A DNA stretch of 28,227 nucleotides from Chiloscyllium plagiosum (GCF_004010195.1 NC_057719.1:16821532-16849758); one strand, 5' to 3'. Positions 11,618 to 22,725 are shown, counted from the stretch's first letter. The notes: generated by a model not told the origin, from the letters alone. Made by a program: numbers and translations.

Positions 11618-12138
11618 GAGGAGAAAGTGAGGTCTGCAGATGCTGGAGATCAGAGCTGAAAATGTGTTGCTGGAAAAGCGCAGCAGGTCAGGCAGCATCC
11701 AGGGAACAGCAGAATCGATGTTTCGGGCATAAGCCCTTCTTCAAGAATGAGGAAAGTATGTCCAGCAGGCTAAGATAAAAGGTAGGGAGGAGGGACTTGG
11801 GGGAGGGGCGTCGGAAATGTGATAGGATGAGGCGCTCTTCCTCCAACCGACGTGTTGTTATGGTCTGGCGATGGAGGAGTCCAAAGACCTGCATATCCTT
11901 GGTGGAGTGGGAGGGGGAAGTTGAAATGTTGAGCCACAGGGTGGTTGGGTTGGTTGGTCCGGGTGTCCCAGAGGTGTTCTCTGAAACGCTCCGCAAGTAG
12001 GCGGCCTGTCTCCCCAATATAGAGGAGGCCACATCGGGTGCAGAGGATGCAATAGATGATGTGTGTGGAGGTGCAGGTGAATCTGTGGCGGATATGGAAG
12101 TTTCCTTTGGGGCCTTGGAGGGAGGGGTGAGGTGGGAG
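11618..12138 (-). mobile_element. 5'-truncated Penelope-like element (GIY-YIG endonuclease C-terminal region + terminal repeat), nested in LTR pol
   Basis: The minus strand from 12120 reads LQGPKGNFHIRHRFTCTSTHIIYCILCTRCGLLYIGETGRLLAERFREHLWDTRTNQPNHPVAQHFN/SPSHSTKDMQVFGLL (one frameshift). A 13-bp TSD gttattttatcgg lies at 11605-11617 and 12139-12151. Removing the insert restores pol DVGNAVPIK*HSYKL. Confidence 0.93.
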
Positions 12139-12275
12139 GTTATTTTATCGGAACAGCATTACCTACATCTACCTCATGCAGGATAGCATTGGTCCTCCCC
12201 ATTTTATTCCTGCATATGTCCTAATACTGCTGCAAAACACCTTTCAACTGTGTTCTTTACTCCTGAGACAGATAG

Positions 12276-12358
12276 GAGGGCTTATGTCTGAAATGTCGAT
12301 TCTCCTGTTCCTTGGATGCTGCCTGACCTGCTGCGCTTTTCCAGCAACACATTTTCAG
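12276..12358 (+). mobile_element. 83-bp Penelope terminal-repeat micro-insertion
   Basis: Homologous to the terminal repeat of the 11618-12138 element. Perfect 15-bp TSD tcctgagacagatag at 12261-12275 and 12359-12373. Confidence 0.9.
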
Positions 12359-13088
12359 TCCTGAGACAGATAGTTTACTAACCTATCCCACTCCTTAGGG
12401 ACTTCCTCGTTGTTTAATGTATTTTGAGGCACGTCTGGATTTGATTCCTCACTCTGTGGGTTAGTAACTAACACCTGCTTCACCAGTTCCTTCTCTCTAT
12501 TATAATAAGGTTTCAACATATTCACATGAAATATGCAATACAGTTTTTTTCCTCTCTGACATCTTTACTAGATAGTTTACCTGAACCAACTTTTTCTCAA
12601 TTTGATAGGGACCACCAAACCTTTGAAGGGATCTCCTACCACTGGTAACAATACTCTACATCATCCTCACAGGAAAATATCTGAATTTCTGAGTTCTTAC
12701 CTGTCACCTGCTTCATTCTACACGGTGCCATCTTTAGGTGCTGTTTAGCTAACTCACCTACCTGACTTAATCTCTCCCTCACCTCCAATACAGAATCCAA
12801 GTGTGAGCTCTCCATCTTTGGCCTTGACAATTTCTCTTTAATTAATTTCAATGGCCCTCTCACTTCATGTCCAAATATCAACTCAAATAGAATAAACTAA
12901 GTAGATTTGTTTGGGGCATCTCTAATGGCAAACAATATGAATGGGATAGCTTTTATCCCAATCATTTGGGCAATCCTGATAGTATGCTCTTAATATGATC
13001 TTCAGGATCTGATGCCACCTTTCCAAAGCTCTGTGGGATTCAGGATGATATGGACTTGATTTAAAGTGCTGTATTCGTAAGCTATCTG

Positions 13089-13322
13089 GAGGAGGAACCA
13101 GGTCAGACTTATATTGCATTCGAAAGAATTAAATGAAGTCATTTTGATAGATAGGTGCAGGCCTTTAAAATAGCTAAGACCTATGAGGCTCTAAGAGAGA
13201 TTATTCTGTTGGAGGAGTTTAAAAACTCACTTTCACAGATGATAAGAATTCACGCAGATGAACAGAAAGTTCAGGAAGAGAGAGGGGCAGCAGAGATGAC
13301 AGATGAATATACATTGGTGCAT
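13089..13322 (+). repeat. Inverted templated copy of 15109-15341 inserted in the integrase core
   Basis: 234 bp reverse complement of 15109-15341 with 3 substitutions and one 1-nt indel. Confidence 0.95.
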
Positions 13323-13484
13323 GAACAGCCCTGCAGTAAATTTTGACCCTTGGTCTGACTGAATCTCTCTGGGTAGCCCATTCCATGTGAAGAAAGCTAC
13401 GCGCTCCTCTACCACTCTTTTTGCCTTAATACTCTGCCATAGATTTGCCTCCGGAAATCTGGTAGACACATTCATTATGGTTAG

Positions 13485-13698
13485 GAGAAAGTGAGGACTG
13501 CAGATGCTGGAGATCAGAGCTTAAAAATGTGTTGCTGGAAAAGCGCAGCAGGTCAGGCAGCATCCAAGGAGCAGGAGAATCAATGTTTCGGGCATAAGCC
13601 CTTCTTCAGGAATCATGAACATTATGCCCGAAACATTGATTCTCCTTCTCCTTGGATGCTGCCTGACCTGCTGCGCTTTTCCAGCAACACATTTTTAA
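13485..13698. mobile_element. Penelope terminal-repeat insertion with fold-back structure
   Basis: 17-bp TSD acattcatt(a/c)tggttag at 13468-13484 and 13699-13715. 77-bp inverted arms 13521-13597 and 13622-13698 differ by 1 mismatch. Confidence 0.92.
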
Positions 13699-14313
13699 AC
13701 ATTCATTCTGGTTAGCAAATACTGGTTCCCACTTATAGTTCTTGGCAGGGAATCAATCATAACCCATGTGAAAGGTTCTTTGAAAATGGGAATTGGTTTT
13801 ATTACTGTCTGTGGCTTACCTACCAGTTGGCATGTATGGCACGTACGGCAAAAGTTAACCACATTGTGCATTCCAGGCCAATAGAGATACTTTTGTACCT
13901 TAGCCTGAGTTTTCCGTACACCAAGATGACCTCCTACTAGTAGTTCATGTGCTATCCATAACACTTCCTGTCTGAATGCTACCAGCAACACAATCTGGTG
14001 TATTTCTGCCCATTTCTCCTCTGCACGGAACTGCTGTGGTCTCCATTTTCGTCTTGGGATTCTATCTCTTGAGATAATAACCCTCAGGAATACAGGAATA
14101 TTCTCTGCCTCCTTTTCTGAGTAGGCATCAACATATTGATATTTTATTGTCACGTCTTTCTGTTGTAAGGCCATTAGCTTTTTAGGACCAAATACTCCTG
14201 CCTGACTTTCTGCCTGTTCAGGTTTTTCCTGCACCATTACATCAAACAGGGTGTCCGCTAACGGAACCTCAACTCCTTCATCTTTCTCTTTTAGTTTTTG
14301 CCTCGTACTGTGA

Positions 14314-14760
14314 CTAATGATGGTGGGATCTTGTTACTACACATATGGTGAATATTCCAGGGTATTTTTCTTTTAACTCCTCAGTTCCCTGGTCTTCCTT
14401 GGGCTTTTCCACAACAAGGGGTGTCACTCCCACCTTGGATCCTGCTAACCCGTTCCCAAGAACAAACTGAATTCCTGGAGCTGACACTTTTTTAATGACT
14501 CCCACTGTTACTTCCCTAGTCTTGAGTTGGCACTCCAACCCGATGTTACAGAGGGAAAGCTAAATTTCTGTCCATCAATCCCACAAATTACCACTCTGTC
14601 AGGTAACAAGTCAGAAAGAATGCAAATACGTTCATCTCTTACTATTAGAGGCTAGTTAGATCCTGTAACTCTCAAAATTGTAACTTCTTGCCCGTCTCCC
14701 CCTTTTCTTTCTGAGTAAACTCTATCCACAGAGGTTAAGTCTTTACAGAGATTAGAGATC
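14314..14760 (-). pseudogene. Aspartic protease region of the LTR element (disabled)
   Basis: QEVTILRVTGSN* (catalytic DTG mutated to VTG, ~14650-14690) and downstream EVTVGVIKKVSAPGIQFVLGNGLAG. Confidence 0.75.
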
Positions 14761-14788
14761 AGGCACTAACGCCATACCCAGCCTCTGC

Positions 14789-16081
14789 CTAGGCTGTGCA
14801 CATTCCTGCTGCTCCTCGACTTTCCTTTACTACTTTCACTAATGGCACTGGCTTAGCTTCTTTTACCACATCTTTTCCCAGAGTGCCTTTCTTTTCCGAC
14901 CAGCACTGTGACTTTACATGTCCCACTTTATCACAATGGAAACACCTGAGGCCTTTCATCTCCTTTCCACCCTCTTGGGCTTTTTTTAAACCTGTAGTAA
15001 ACATTTATCAGTGTTCTCTACTCTTTGTTTCATAGTGTAGGATCTCCCCTTCTCCCAATTTCTATTCCTTACAGGATGAAATTCTTGCCGGAAGATAAAG
15101 TTTGCTTTATGCACCAATGTATGTTCATCTGTCATCTCTGCTGCCCCTCTCTCTTCCTGAACTTTCTGTTCATCTGCGTGAATTCTTATCATCTGTGAAA
15201 GTGAGTTTTTAAACTCCTCCAGCAGAATAATCTCTCTTAGAGCCTCATAGGTCTTAGCTATTTTAAGGCCTGCACCTATCTATCAAAATGACTTCATTTA
15301 ATTCTTTTGAATGCAATATAAGTCTGACCTGGTTCCTCCTCTATGTTTCTCAACCGCTGTCTATACACTTCTGGTACCAATTCATAAGCTTTCAAAATAA
15401 CCTGTTTGATCTATGCATCATCTCTTGACCCTGACCTGAAAGCAGTGCAAATACCTCACTAGCTCTGCCTACCTGTTTAGTCTGAACTAGCATTACCCTC
15501 AAGTCATCTGACCACTCCATCTGCCTTGCCAATTTTTCAAATGGAATAAAGAAGGTTTTGACCACTTTCTCATCAAAATGTGGCAATGCTTTAACATATC
15601 CTTCTCTTGTCATTTCCATCCTGTTAACTTGAGTTTCATGACTAATTTGCAACTTCTGAAGTTCAAATTCCCTCTCCTTTTTCTCTTTCTTTTCTCACTT
15701 TATCTCTCCCTTTCTTTTCTCTCTCTTTGTCTCTCTCTTTCTCTTTCTCCTCTTTCTCTTTGCTCAGTTAAAAACCTTCTCTCTCTCTTCTCTCTGTCTC
15801 TCTCTGTCTCCTCCCCCATCCCCGTTTATCTTCTAGTTCCAATTTCCTCAATTGTAATTTCAAGTTTTTCTAACTCTACTGCATTTGTCTGTTTCTCTGA
15901 CACACTGAAGTATTTGAGTAATTCCCTTACAGTTTCAGCTTTCCTTTTGTCCCTGGTGAAACCCAAATCTAACCTCTTTGCTGATTCAAAGTATGTTTTT
16001 TTTCTGTCCTTCTAAGCTTTCTTGGCAAATTTAAGAATCATCTTCACACCACAGAACCTCTTTAGCAATTTTAAGAGCCAT
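14789..16081 (-). pseudogene. gag (disabled) with E/K/R-rich coiled-coil, capsid/SCAN-like segment and CCHC knuckle
   Basis: ATG at 16081 (MALKIAKEVL...). Motifs LPHFDEKVVKTFFIPFEKLA...W, TYEALREIILLEEFKNSL...AAEMTDEH, and zinc knuckle CFHCDKVGHVKSQC. Confidence 0.88.
15670..15815. repeat. CT-rich low-complexity tract inside gag
   Basis: Imperfect (CT)n/(CTTT)n; the minus strand reads as E/R/K-rich protein. Confidence 0.8.
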
Positions 16082-16260
16082 TTCTCTCACTCTTTAAATT
16101 TAATCAACCACAAGTAATCAAAATTAAATAAATTGTCTGACCTGTGTTTTATTTAGAAATCTAGGATATTGATCGGCAGGTGTTTAAATCTGCTGGGATC
16201 TTTTACCCCAAATCTGTTCAAATCTGTCTAAATCTCGGACTGGATCTGTCTAAATCTGTC

Positions 16261-16283
16261 CAAATCACGGACCCAAGCCCCCA
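16261..16283 (-). other. Primer-binding site, tRNA-Pro type
   Basis: The minus strand reads TGGGGGCTTGGGTCCGTGATTTG, 3 nt inside the 5' LTR boundary. The canonical tRNA-Pro PBS is TGGGGGCTCGTCCGGGATTTG. Confidence 0.85.
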
Positions 16284-16286
16284 AAT

Positions 16287-16983
16287 TGTTACGACACTGC
16301 AGCAAACTCTTCTGCTAATTAAATCAAAAGCTCACCTTGCTTCGTAGTCTGTTAAAGTATGAGTGACAGAAAACTACCCAAATTCCAATATTTAAAGAAA
16401 AAAATAACACTTTCATTCTTTAACTCTAAAAGTGAACATTAAACATCAACTATTTACAACTTTAAGCCTCCTTTGTCTTAAGGATTTGTTATCTTATTCC
16501 CACTCTATAACTATACTGATCGATAAAGCCTCTATTAAATTTACAGCAAATCAATTTTCACAACTAGATAGCGTCTGTCGTCCTCCTCTATTTATAGGTC
16601 TCCCTGAGTCATCTTCTGTCTTCTGCTACAAGATGTTTCGTACGAAAATGGTACCTTTTAGAGAGAGAATTTTTGGGCACTCTGTCTGACAATGGCAGGT
16701 GGTGCTCTTTCTTTGCAAATTGTCCAAAATGCTTGCTTTTTCTATCCTAAAACATTGGATTGTCTCATTGGTTCAATGTTGTCAAAACAATAAAATTCAA
16801 ATTCGATTAGTTTTTTGTATCTTGGGGCATAATTTAAACTGCTTGGTTAAATTCAAACTGCTGTGAAAACAATGACATATTGAGGTTACAGCCAAATTGT
16901 TACAGCTTTCAATTGTCCAATACACTTTGTGCCTGTTTTCACTCTCTCTTAAAGGTACAGTACACGCCTTCAGCTTCATAACA
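16287..16983 (-). repeat. 5' LTR (697 bp)
   Basis: Aligns with 9538-10229, runs TGTTAC...TAACA, is followed by TSD ATAT and is adjacent to the PBS. Confidence 0.95.
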
Positions 16984-17474
16984 ATATGCACTTAATTTAG
17001 AAGTAATCCCAATTTTTTTTAAACTGTACATCCACAACAATGAGATCCTGCCTTGTAATGTCCACTGCTACACCGTCAATGCAACTTCATTGCATTACTT
17101 TAGAGTAAATCAGACAACTGCTGCCTTTTGAAGCAACCACACCCACTAAAGATCTGACAACAAATTAGTTATAAATTGTGTAGATTTAAACATCTGTGGT
17201 GTATTTAAAATATGAAGTGAGTTTTTATCTGCAGATACACAAAACCTTTGTCCATTTGTATGAACCTGCTCATCTCTCTGCTAACAATCCTCTGACATTT
17301 CTGAATAGGAACAGCTATTGGTATTCTGTAGACATGATATCAAGTAATCTATGTAAGAAAATACTGTAATTCAGTAAGCAGTTTCTTCAAATTATGAGCT
17401 TAAATAAGGTGAACATTTCTGAAAGGGGAGGAAGCTGCCTCCTTCAGCCATAGCTGAACATCTTTACAACTCCA

Positions 17475-17772
17475 GATAGAGTGGATAGTCAGAGACATTT
17501 TCTCATGGTGGAAATGTCTATCTCAATGGGGCATAATTTTAACGTAATTGGAGAAAGGTTTAGGGGAGATGTCAGACATAGATTCTTTACTCAGAGAGTG
17601 GCGGGTGCGTGGAATGCACTGCCAGTAGTGGTAGCACAATCAGATACATTAGGGACATTTAGTGACTCTTGGATAGACACATGGAAGATACTATAATGAA
17701 GGGTAAGTAGGTTAATCTGATTTTAGAGTAGAATAAAAGGCCGAAGGGCCTGTACTATGCTGTACTGTTCTT
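17475..17772 (+). mobile_element. CR1-type LINE 3' end fragment
   Basis: Reads GERFRGDVRHRFFTQRVAGAWNALP, then tail ggccgaagggcctgtactatgctgtactgttct. Confidence 0.88.
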
Positions 17773-18469
17773 TTGTTTCTTAACTCCAATAACTCAGTAG
17801 AAAACAAATACAGCAAGGTACATATTCAAACTGAAATTGTCTTTGGAATTAAGGTAAACCACTTCCCCCAGTTGGTTATTTATATCTAACAGCTTCATTG
17901 CCACAAGTATATGGAAGAAGAAGCTATGAGGTGTTGGTCCATCTTGCCCAATAATCTCACTGAAATAATTTGAGAAATTGTTTTAAAAACAGGGAATAAG
18001 ATGGGAAAATTGGCCTCCCAACATTGCATCACCATTTCCTTAAAATGTTTCCTGTATTTCATTTACCATTGTTTGTAGGTAAATCCCAATTATTTGCTTG
18101 TTGCATAAGAACCTAAGAAATATGAATAGGAGTAAATTACGTGAGTCCTCTAGCCTACTAGCATTCAAAATAATCATCAGAGAGGTAAAGATTATTCCTA
18201 TCACATGCAGCTTGCTGACAATATTGTAGACGCTGCAAAACGATGATTGAACGTAGTCAATTTTGGAGAGTGAAGTGCATTGTGAAACATGAAGATTGCA
18301 TGTTAGATTGCAGATCTGATATTACAAATCATAGAAAGTCTGGAATTTCACTTTCTTCAAGATAATAACTGAACTACCTTCTCTATCAAAGGTTTGAAAC
18401 AAAAAATGAAGAAATGATTCTTTGAATGGACACTACTGTGGTTCTAGCTGATGGCAATACTGCACATGT

Positions 18470-21400
18470 CATACAACATCACAGGGCAGTACAGGCCCTT
18501 GATATTATGCCGACCTGTGAAACCAATCTGAAGCCCATCTAACCTACACTACTCCATTTTCATTCATATGTTTATCCAATGACCATTTAAACGCCCTTAA
18601 AGTTGGTGAGTCTTCTACTGTTGCAGGCAGGGCCTTCCACGCCTTACTACTCTGAGTAAAGAACCTACCTCTGACGTCTGTCCTGTATCTATCACCCCTC
18701 AACTTAAAGCTATGTCCCCTCATGCTAGCCATCATCATCCAAGAAAAAGGGCTCTCACTGTCCACCTACCTAATCCTCTGATCATCTTGTATGTCTCCAT
18801 TAAGTCACCTCTCGACCTTCTTCTTTCTAATGAAAACTGCCTCAAGTCCCTCAGCCTTTCCTCGTAAGACCTTCCCTCCATTCCAGGCAACATCCTGGTA
18901 AATCTCGTCTGCACCCTTTGCAATGCTTCCACACCCTTCCTCTAATGCAGTGACCAGAACTGTACACAAAACTCCAAGTGCAGCCGCACCAGAGTTTCTT
19001 GTACAGCTGCAATATGACCTCATGGTTCTGAAACTCAGTCCCTCTGCCAATAAAAGCTAACACACCATGTGCCTTCATAACAACCCTAGCAACCTGGGTG
19101 GCAACTTTCAGGGATCTATGCACATGGACACCAAGATCTCTCTGCTCACCCACACTACCAACAATCTTACCATTAGCCCAGTATTCTGTCTTCCTGTTAC
19201 TCCTTCCAAAGTGAATCACCTCACACTTTTCCACATTAAACTCCATTTGCCACCTTTCAGCCCAGCTCTGCAGCTCTGGTCCTCGGACTCCATGCACAAT
19301 TTCCTACTCCTAATCTTACTCTTGTCATTACTTTATTCCTGATGTATCTGTAGAAAGCTTCAGGATTTTCCTTGATTCTACCTGCCAAAGACATCTCATG
19401 CCCCCTTCTGGCTCTCCTTTAGCCTAACTTTTAACTCTCAGGTGCCCTAACTGAGCCTTCACATCTTATCTTCCTCCTCTTGACAAGAGATTCAACGTCT
19501 ATGTCCCTCACGCAACATCCTTCCGCACTGTCCACAACTCCGCTGACCTTCGTGTCACCTGCAAATTTACTAACCCATCCTTCCATGCCCTCATCCAGGT
19601 CATTTGTAAAAATGACAAACAGCAGTGGCCCCAAAATAGATCCTTGTGGTAAACCACTAGTAACTGAACTCCAGGACGAACATTTCCCCTCAACCACTAC
19701 CCTCTGTCTTCTTTGAGCTAGCCAATTTCTGATCCAAACCCTAAATCATCCTCAATTCCATGTTTCCGTATTTTGTGCAATAGCCTACCTTATCAAACAC
19801 TTTACTGAAATTCATATACACTACATCAGCTGCTTTACATTCATCCACTTATTTGGTCAATAAGGTTTGTGAGGCACGACCTATCTTTCACAAAACCGTG
19901 TTGACTATCCCTAATCAAAATATTCCTTTCTAGATGACTATAAATCCTATCTCTTATAATCCTTTTCAACACCCACAACCGCAGTAAGTTCACTGGTCTA
20001 TAATTACCAGCGTTATCTCTTCTCCCCTTCTTGAACAAAGGGACAACATTTGCTATCCTCCAGTCTTCTGGCACTATATCAGTAGACAATGATGACATAA
20101 AGGTCAATGCCAAAGCTCTGCAATCTCCTTCTTAGCTTCCCAGATAATTCCAGGATCCCCTCCAGCCCAGGGGATCTATCTATTTTCACACATTCCAGAA
20201 TTACTAACGCATCCTCCTCATGAACGTCAATCCAATCTTGTCTAATAGCCTGTATCAGTATTCTCCTAGACAACATTGTCTTTTTCTTGTGTGAATACTG
20301 ATAAAAAAAATATTCATTTAGCACCTCTATCTCCTCGGACTCCATGCACAATTTCCTACTCCTAATCTTACTCTTGTCATTATTTTATTCCTGATGTACC
20401 TGTAGAAAGCTTCAGGATTTTCCTTGATTCTACCTGCCAAAGACATCTCATGCCCCCTTCTGGCTCTCCTTTAGCCTAACTTTTAACTCTCAGGTGCCCT
20501 AACTGAGCCTTCACATCTTATCTTCCTCCTCTTGACAAGAGATTCAACGTCTTTAGTAACCCACCGTTTCCTCGCTCAACAACTTCCTCCCTGCCTGACA
20601 GGTACATACTTATCAAGCAAACGCAGTAGCTGTTCCTTGAACAAGCTCAGCATTTCAATTGTGCCCATCCCCTCCAGTTTCCTTCCCAATCCCATGCATC
20701 CTAAATCTTACCTAATTGTATCATAATTGACTTTCCCCCAGCTATAACTCTTGCCGTGTGGCATATACCTGTCCCTTTCCATCGCTAAAGTAAACATAAC
20801 TGAATTGTGGTCACTATCACTAAAGTGCTGAGCTACCTCCAAATCATTACCCAGTACCAAATCCAACGTGGCCTCATGTGTTGTTGGCCTATCGACATAC
20901 TATGTCAGGAAACCCTGCTGCACACATTGGACAAAAACTCAACAATCTAAAACACTCGACCCATAGCGTTTCCACTCAATATTTGGAAAGTTAAATCCCC
21001 ATAACAACTACCCTGTTGCTTTTGCTCCCATCCAGAATCATCTTTGCAATTCTTTCCTCTATATCTCTGGAACTTTTCAGAGGCCGACAGAAAATTCCCA
21101 ACAGGGTGGTCGCTCCTTTCCTGTTTCTAACCTCAGCCCATACTATCTCAGTAGAAGAGTCCTCATCAAATGTCCTTTCTGCTACCGTATTGCTGTCCTT
21201 GACTAACAATGCCACACTTCCCCCTCCATTACCACCTTCCCTGTTCTTACTGAAACATCTAAACCCCGAAACCTGCAACAGCTATTCCTGTCCCTGCTCT
21301 ATCCATGTCTCCAAAATGGCCACAACATCAAAATTCCAGGTACCAATCCATGCTGCAAGTTCACCCATCTTATTCTGGATGCTCCTGGCATTAAAGTAGA

Positions 21401-21695
21401 CACACTTCAAACCACTTTCCTGCCTGCCAGTACACTCTTGTGACCTTGAAACCTTATTTATAACCTCACTACTCTCAAACTCCTGTACACTGGAACTACA
21501 ATTCAGGTTCCCACCCCCCTACTGAATTAGTTTAAACCCTCCTGGACAGCATTAGCAAATTTCACCCCCCTGCCCCCGTCCAGGATATTGGTACCCCTGT
21601 GGTACAGGTGTAGTTTGTAGAGGTCCCACCTATCCTAGAATAAGCCCCAATTATCCAGGTATCTGAATTGCTCCCTCCTGCACCATTCCTATAGC
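18470..21695 (-). mobile_element. Long CR1-clade LINE relic (endonuclease + RT of ORF2), with internal deletions
   Basis: EN motifs KNREGGNGGGSVALLVKD, EIVWAEVRN, RVVVMG. RT motifs PEDWRIANVVPLFKKG..GNYRPV, SQHGFVKDRSCLTNL, SGLPQGSILGPLLF, SKFAGDTK, WQMEFNVEKCEVIHFG. C-terminus RVQTRFTRMLPG. Boundaries approximate. Confidence 0.93.
19280..19500 (+). repeat. Direct templated copy of 20332-20552 inserted in the LINE RT region
   Basis: 221 bp with 2 mismatches. It splits the RT peptide ..RDID | LQSWAERW. Confidence 0.95.
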
Positions 21696-22329
21696 TACAA
21701 TCGTAGAGTGAAACCTATCTTGATAGAGAATGAATTTAATTTTTGCAACTGCTTACTGTGGTAAATGTCAATGTATGTATGCACACAAGGCTGCAAGTGC
21801 TCTTAACAAAAAGAACACAACGTTTATAAACAGCAAAGCAAAGTTTCAACCATTTTTCCAGCAATATTCTTTACAGATATTCAATCTTAATGGTGTCACT
21901 TGTATTATAGCTCTTTTAATTTTTTAATTAACTGAACCTTTTTCGTTTTGATGGCCAAAAGACTACCTGCCCGTTCTCATGGCTTGAAAATTTCTACACA
22001 AACTCTCATAGCTTGGAGACTTCACAAACGACCTACCTTTCTGTTAAGGTAAAACTTCCCCTGATCTGAAACCTTGATTCTTTTGAACTAAAACCAGGCC
22101 ATTAGTGGATCCCGATCTGTTTTCTCTTTGTCGTAAAATGTCAGACTTTGTAAACATGTCTTAAATTGATATCAGAGGGTTCCTGCACATCCCTTAACTG
22201 AAGTCACTTTCTAATAATGCCTATAATTCACTATTTCAAATGTCTTTCTGACCTCTGTTTCTTAAAAAAAAAGTTGCCCTCACAACACAAACTATACATC
22301 TATTTTACCTCTACTTCAAAATCCAGGTA

Positions 22330-22725
22330 TTAGAATTAGAATTACTATCACATGTACTCAAGTATAGGGATAAGAGTACAGCAAAAAGTATACAAAATTT
22401 CCACTTCTGGCGCCATCTTAGGTACAAAGATACCTAGATACAAAATCTTAGGTACAAGTTAGAAAAATAAAGAAATAAAGGTATAAGTTCAGCATTACAG
22501 TCTTTCTAAAGCAGGGAGTCCATGCTGGGCTTCAGTGAGCTGCACCTCCTCGAGTATGTGCTGGCTCAACTCTCCACCACTGATGCCATCTGAGAAATAA
22601 AGGGAAGTAGAGAGAAAGAAAGCAAGACGAGAAAGAAAGAAAAATGCAAAGAGGAAAAAGAAGAAAACAAACAGACGGAGTGGATGAGCTCTGGCTTTGG
22701 AGCCCACCGTGCTGTCATCTTGAAA
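22330..22725 (-). mobile_element. Probable non-autonomous interspersed repeat (unclassified, LINE-derived?)
   Basis: The minus strand starts caagatgacagc, continues through a pyrimidine-rich tract and ends in a short (ttctaa)n-like tail. Internal cttaggtacaa repeats are present. Family recognition is tentative. Confidence 0.35.

Larger units (their letters stand above)
12480..14237 (-). pseudogene. Gypsy-type integrase (disabled, interrupted by two insertions)
   Basis: HHCC zinc motif (AHELLVGGHLGVRKT...YWPGM...CRTCHTCQLVGKP), core PFTWVMID, GLPREIQSDQGSKF, SSPYHPESHRALERWH, then IFGHEVRGPL. Confidence 0.92.
9538..16983 (-). mobile_element. Full-length decayed Gmr1-like (Ty3/Gypsy superfamily) LTR retrotransposon
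   Basis: Two ~695 bp direct repeats (TGTTAC...CA). 4-bp TSD ATAT at 9534-9537 and 16984-16987. PBS and PPT in minus orientation. Minus-strand gag, PR, IN, RT and RNase H relics occur in that order. Confidence 0.95.

Noticed and set aside
13155..13346. + strand SCAN-like ORF as a domesticated host exon
   Set aside because: Fully explained by the inverted duplication of gag; upstream in-frame stops are shared with the source, and there is no evidence of splicing into SETD3.
15578..16015. 145-aa Leu/Ser/Phe-rich + strand ORF
   Set aside because: It is the antisense reading of the purine-rich gag coiled-coil region; low complexity.
9538..16983. Ty1/Copia classification based on the IN-before-RT order
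   Set aside because: RT, RNase H and integrase motifs are Gypsy-type and the TSD is 4 bp; Copia-type motifs (GKGY, YVDD) were not seen.
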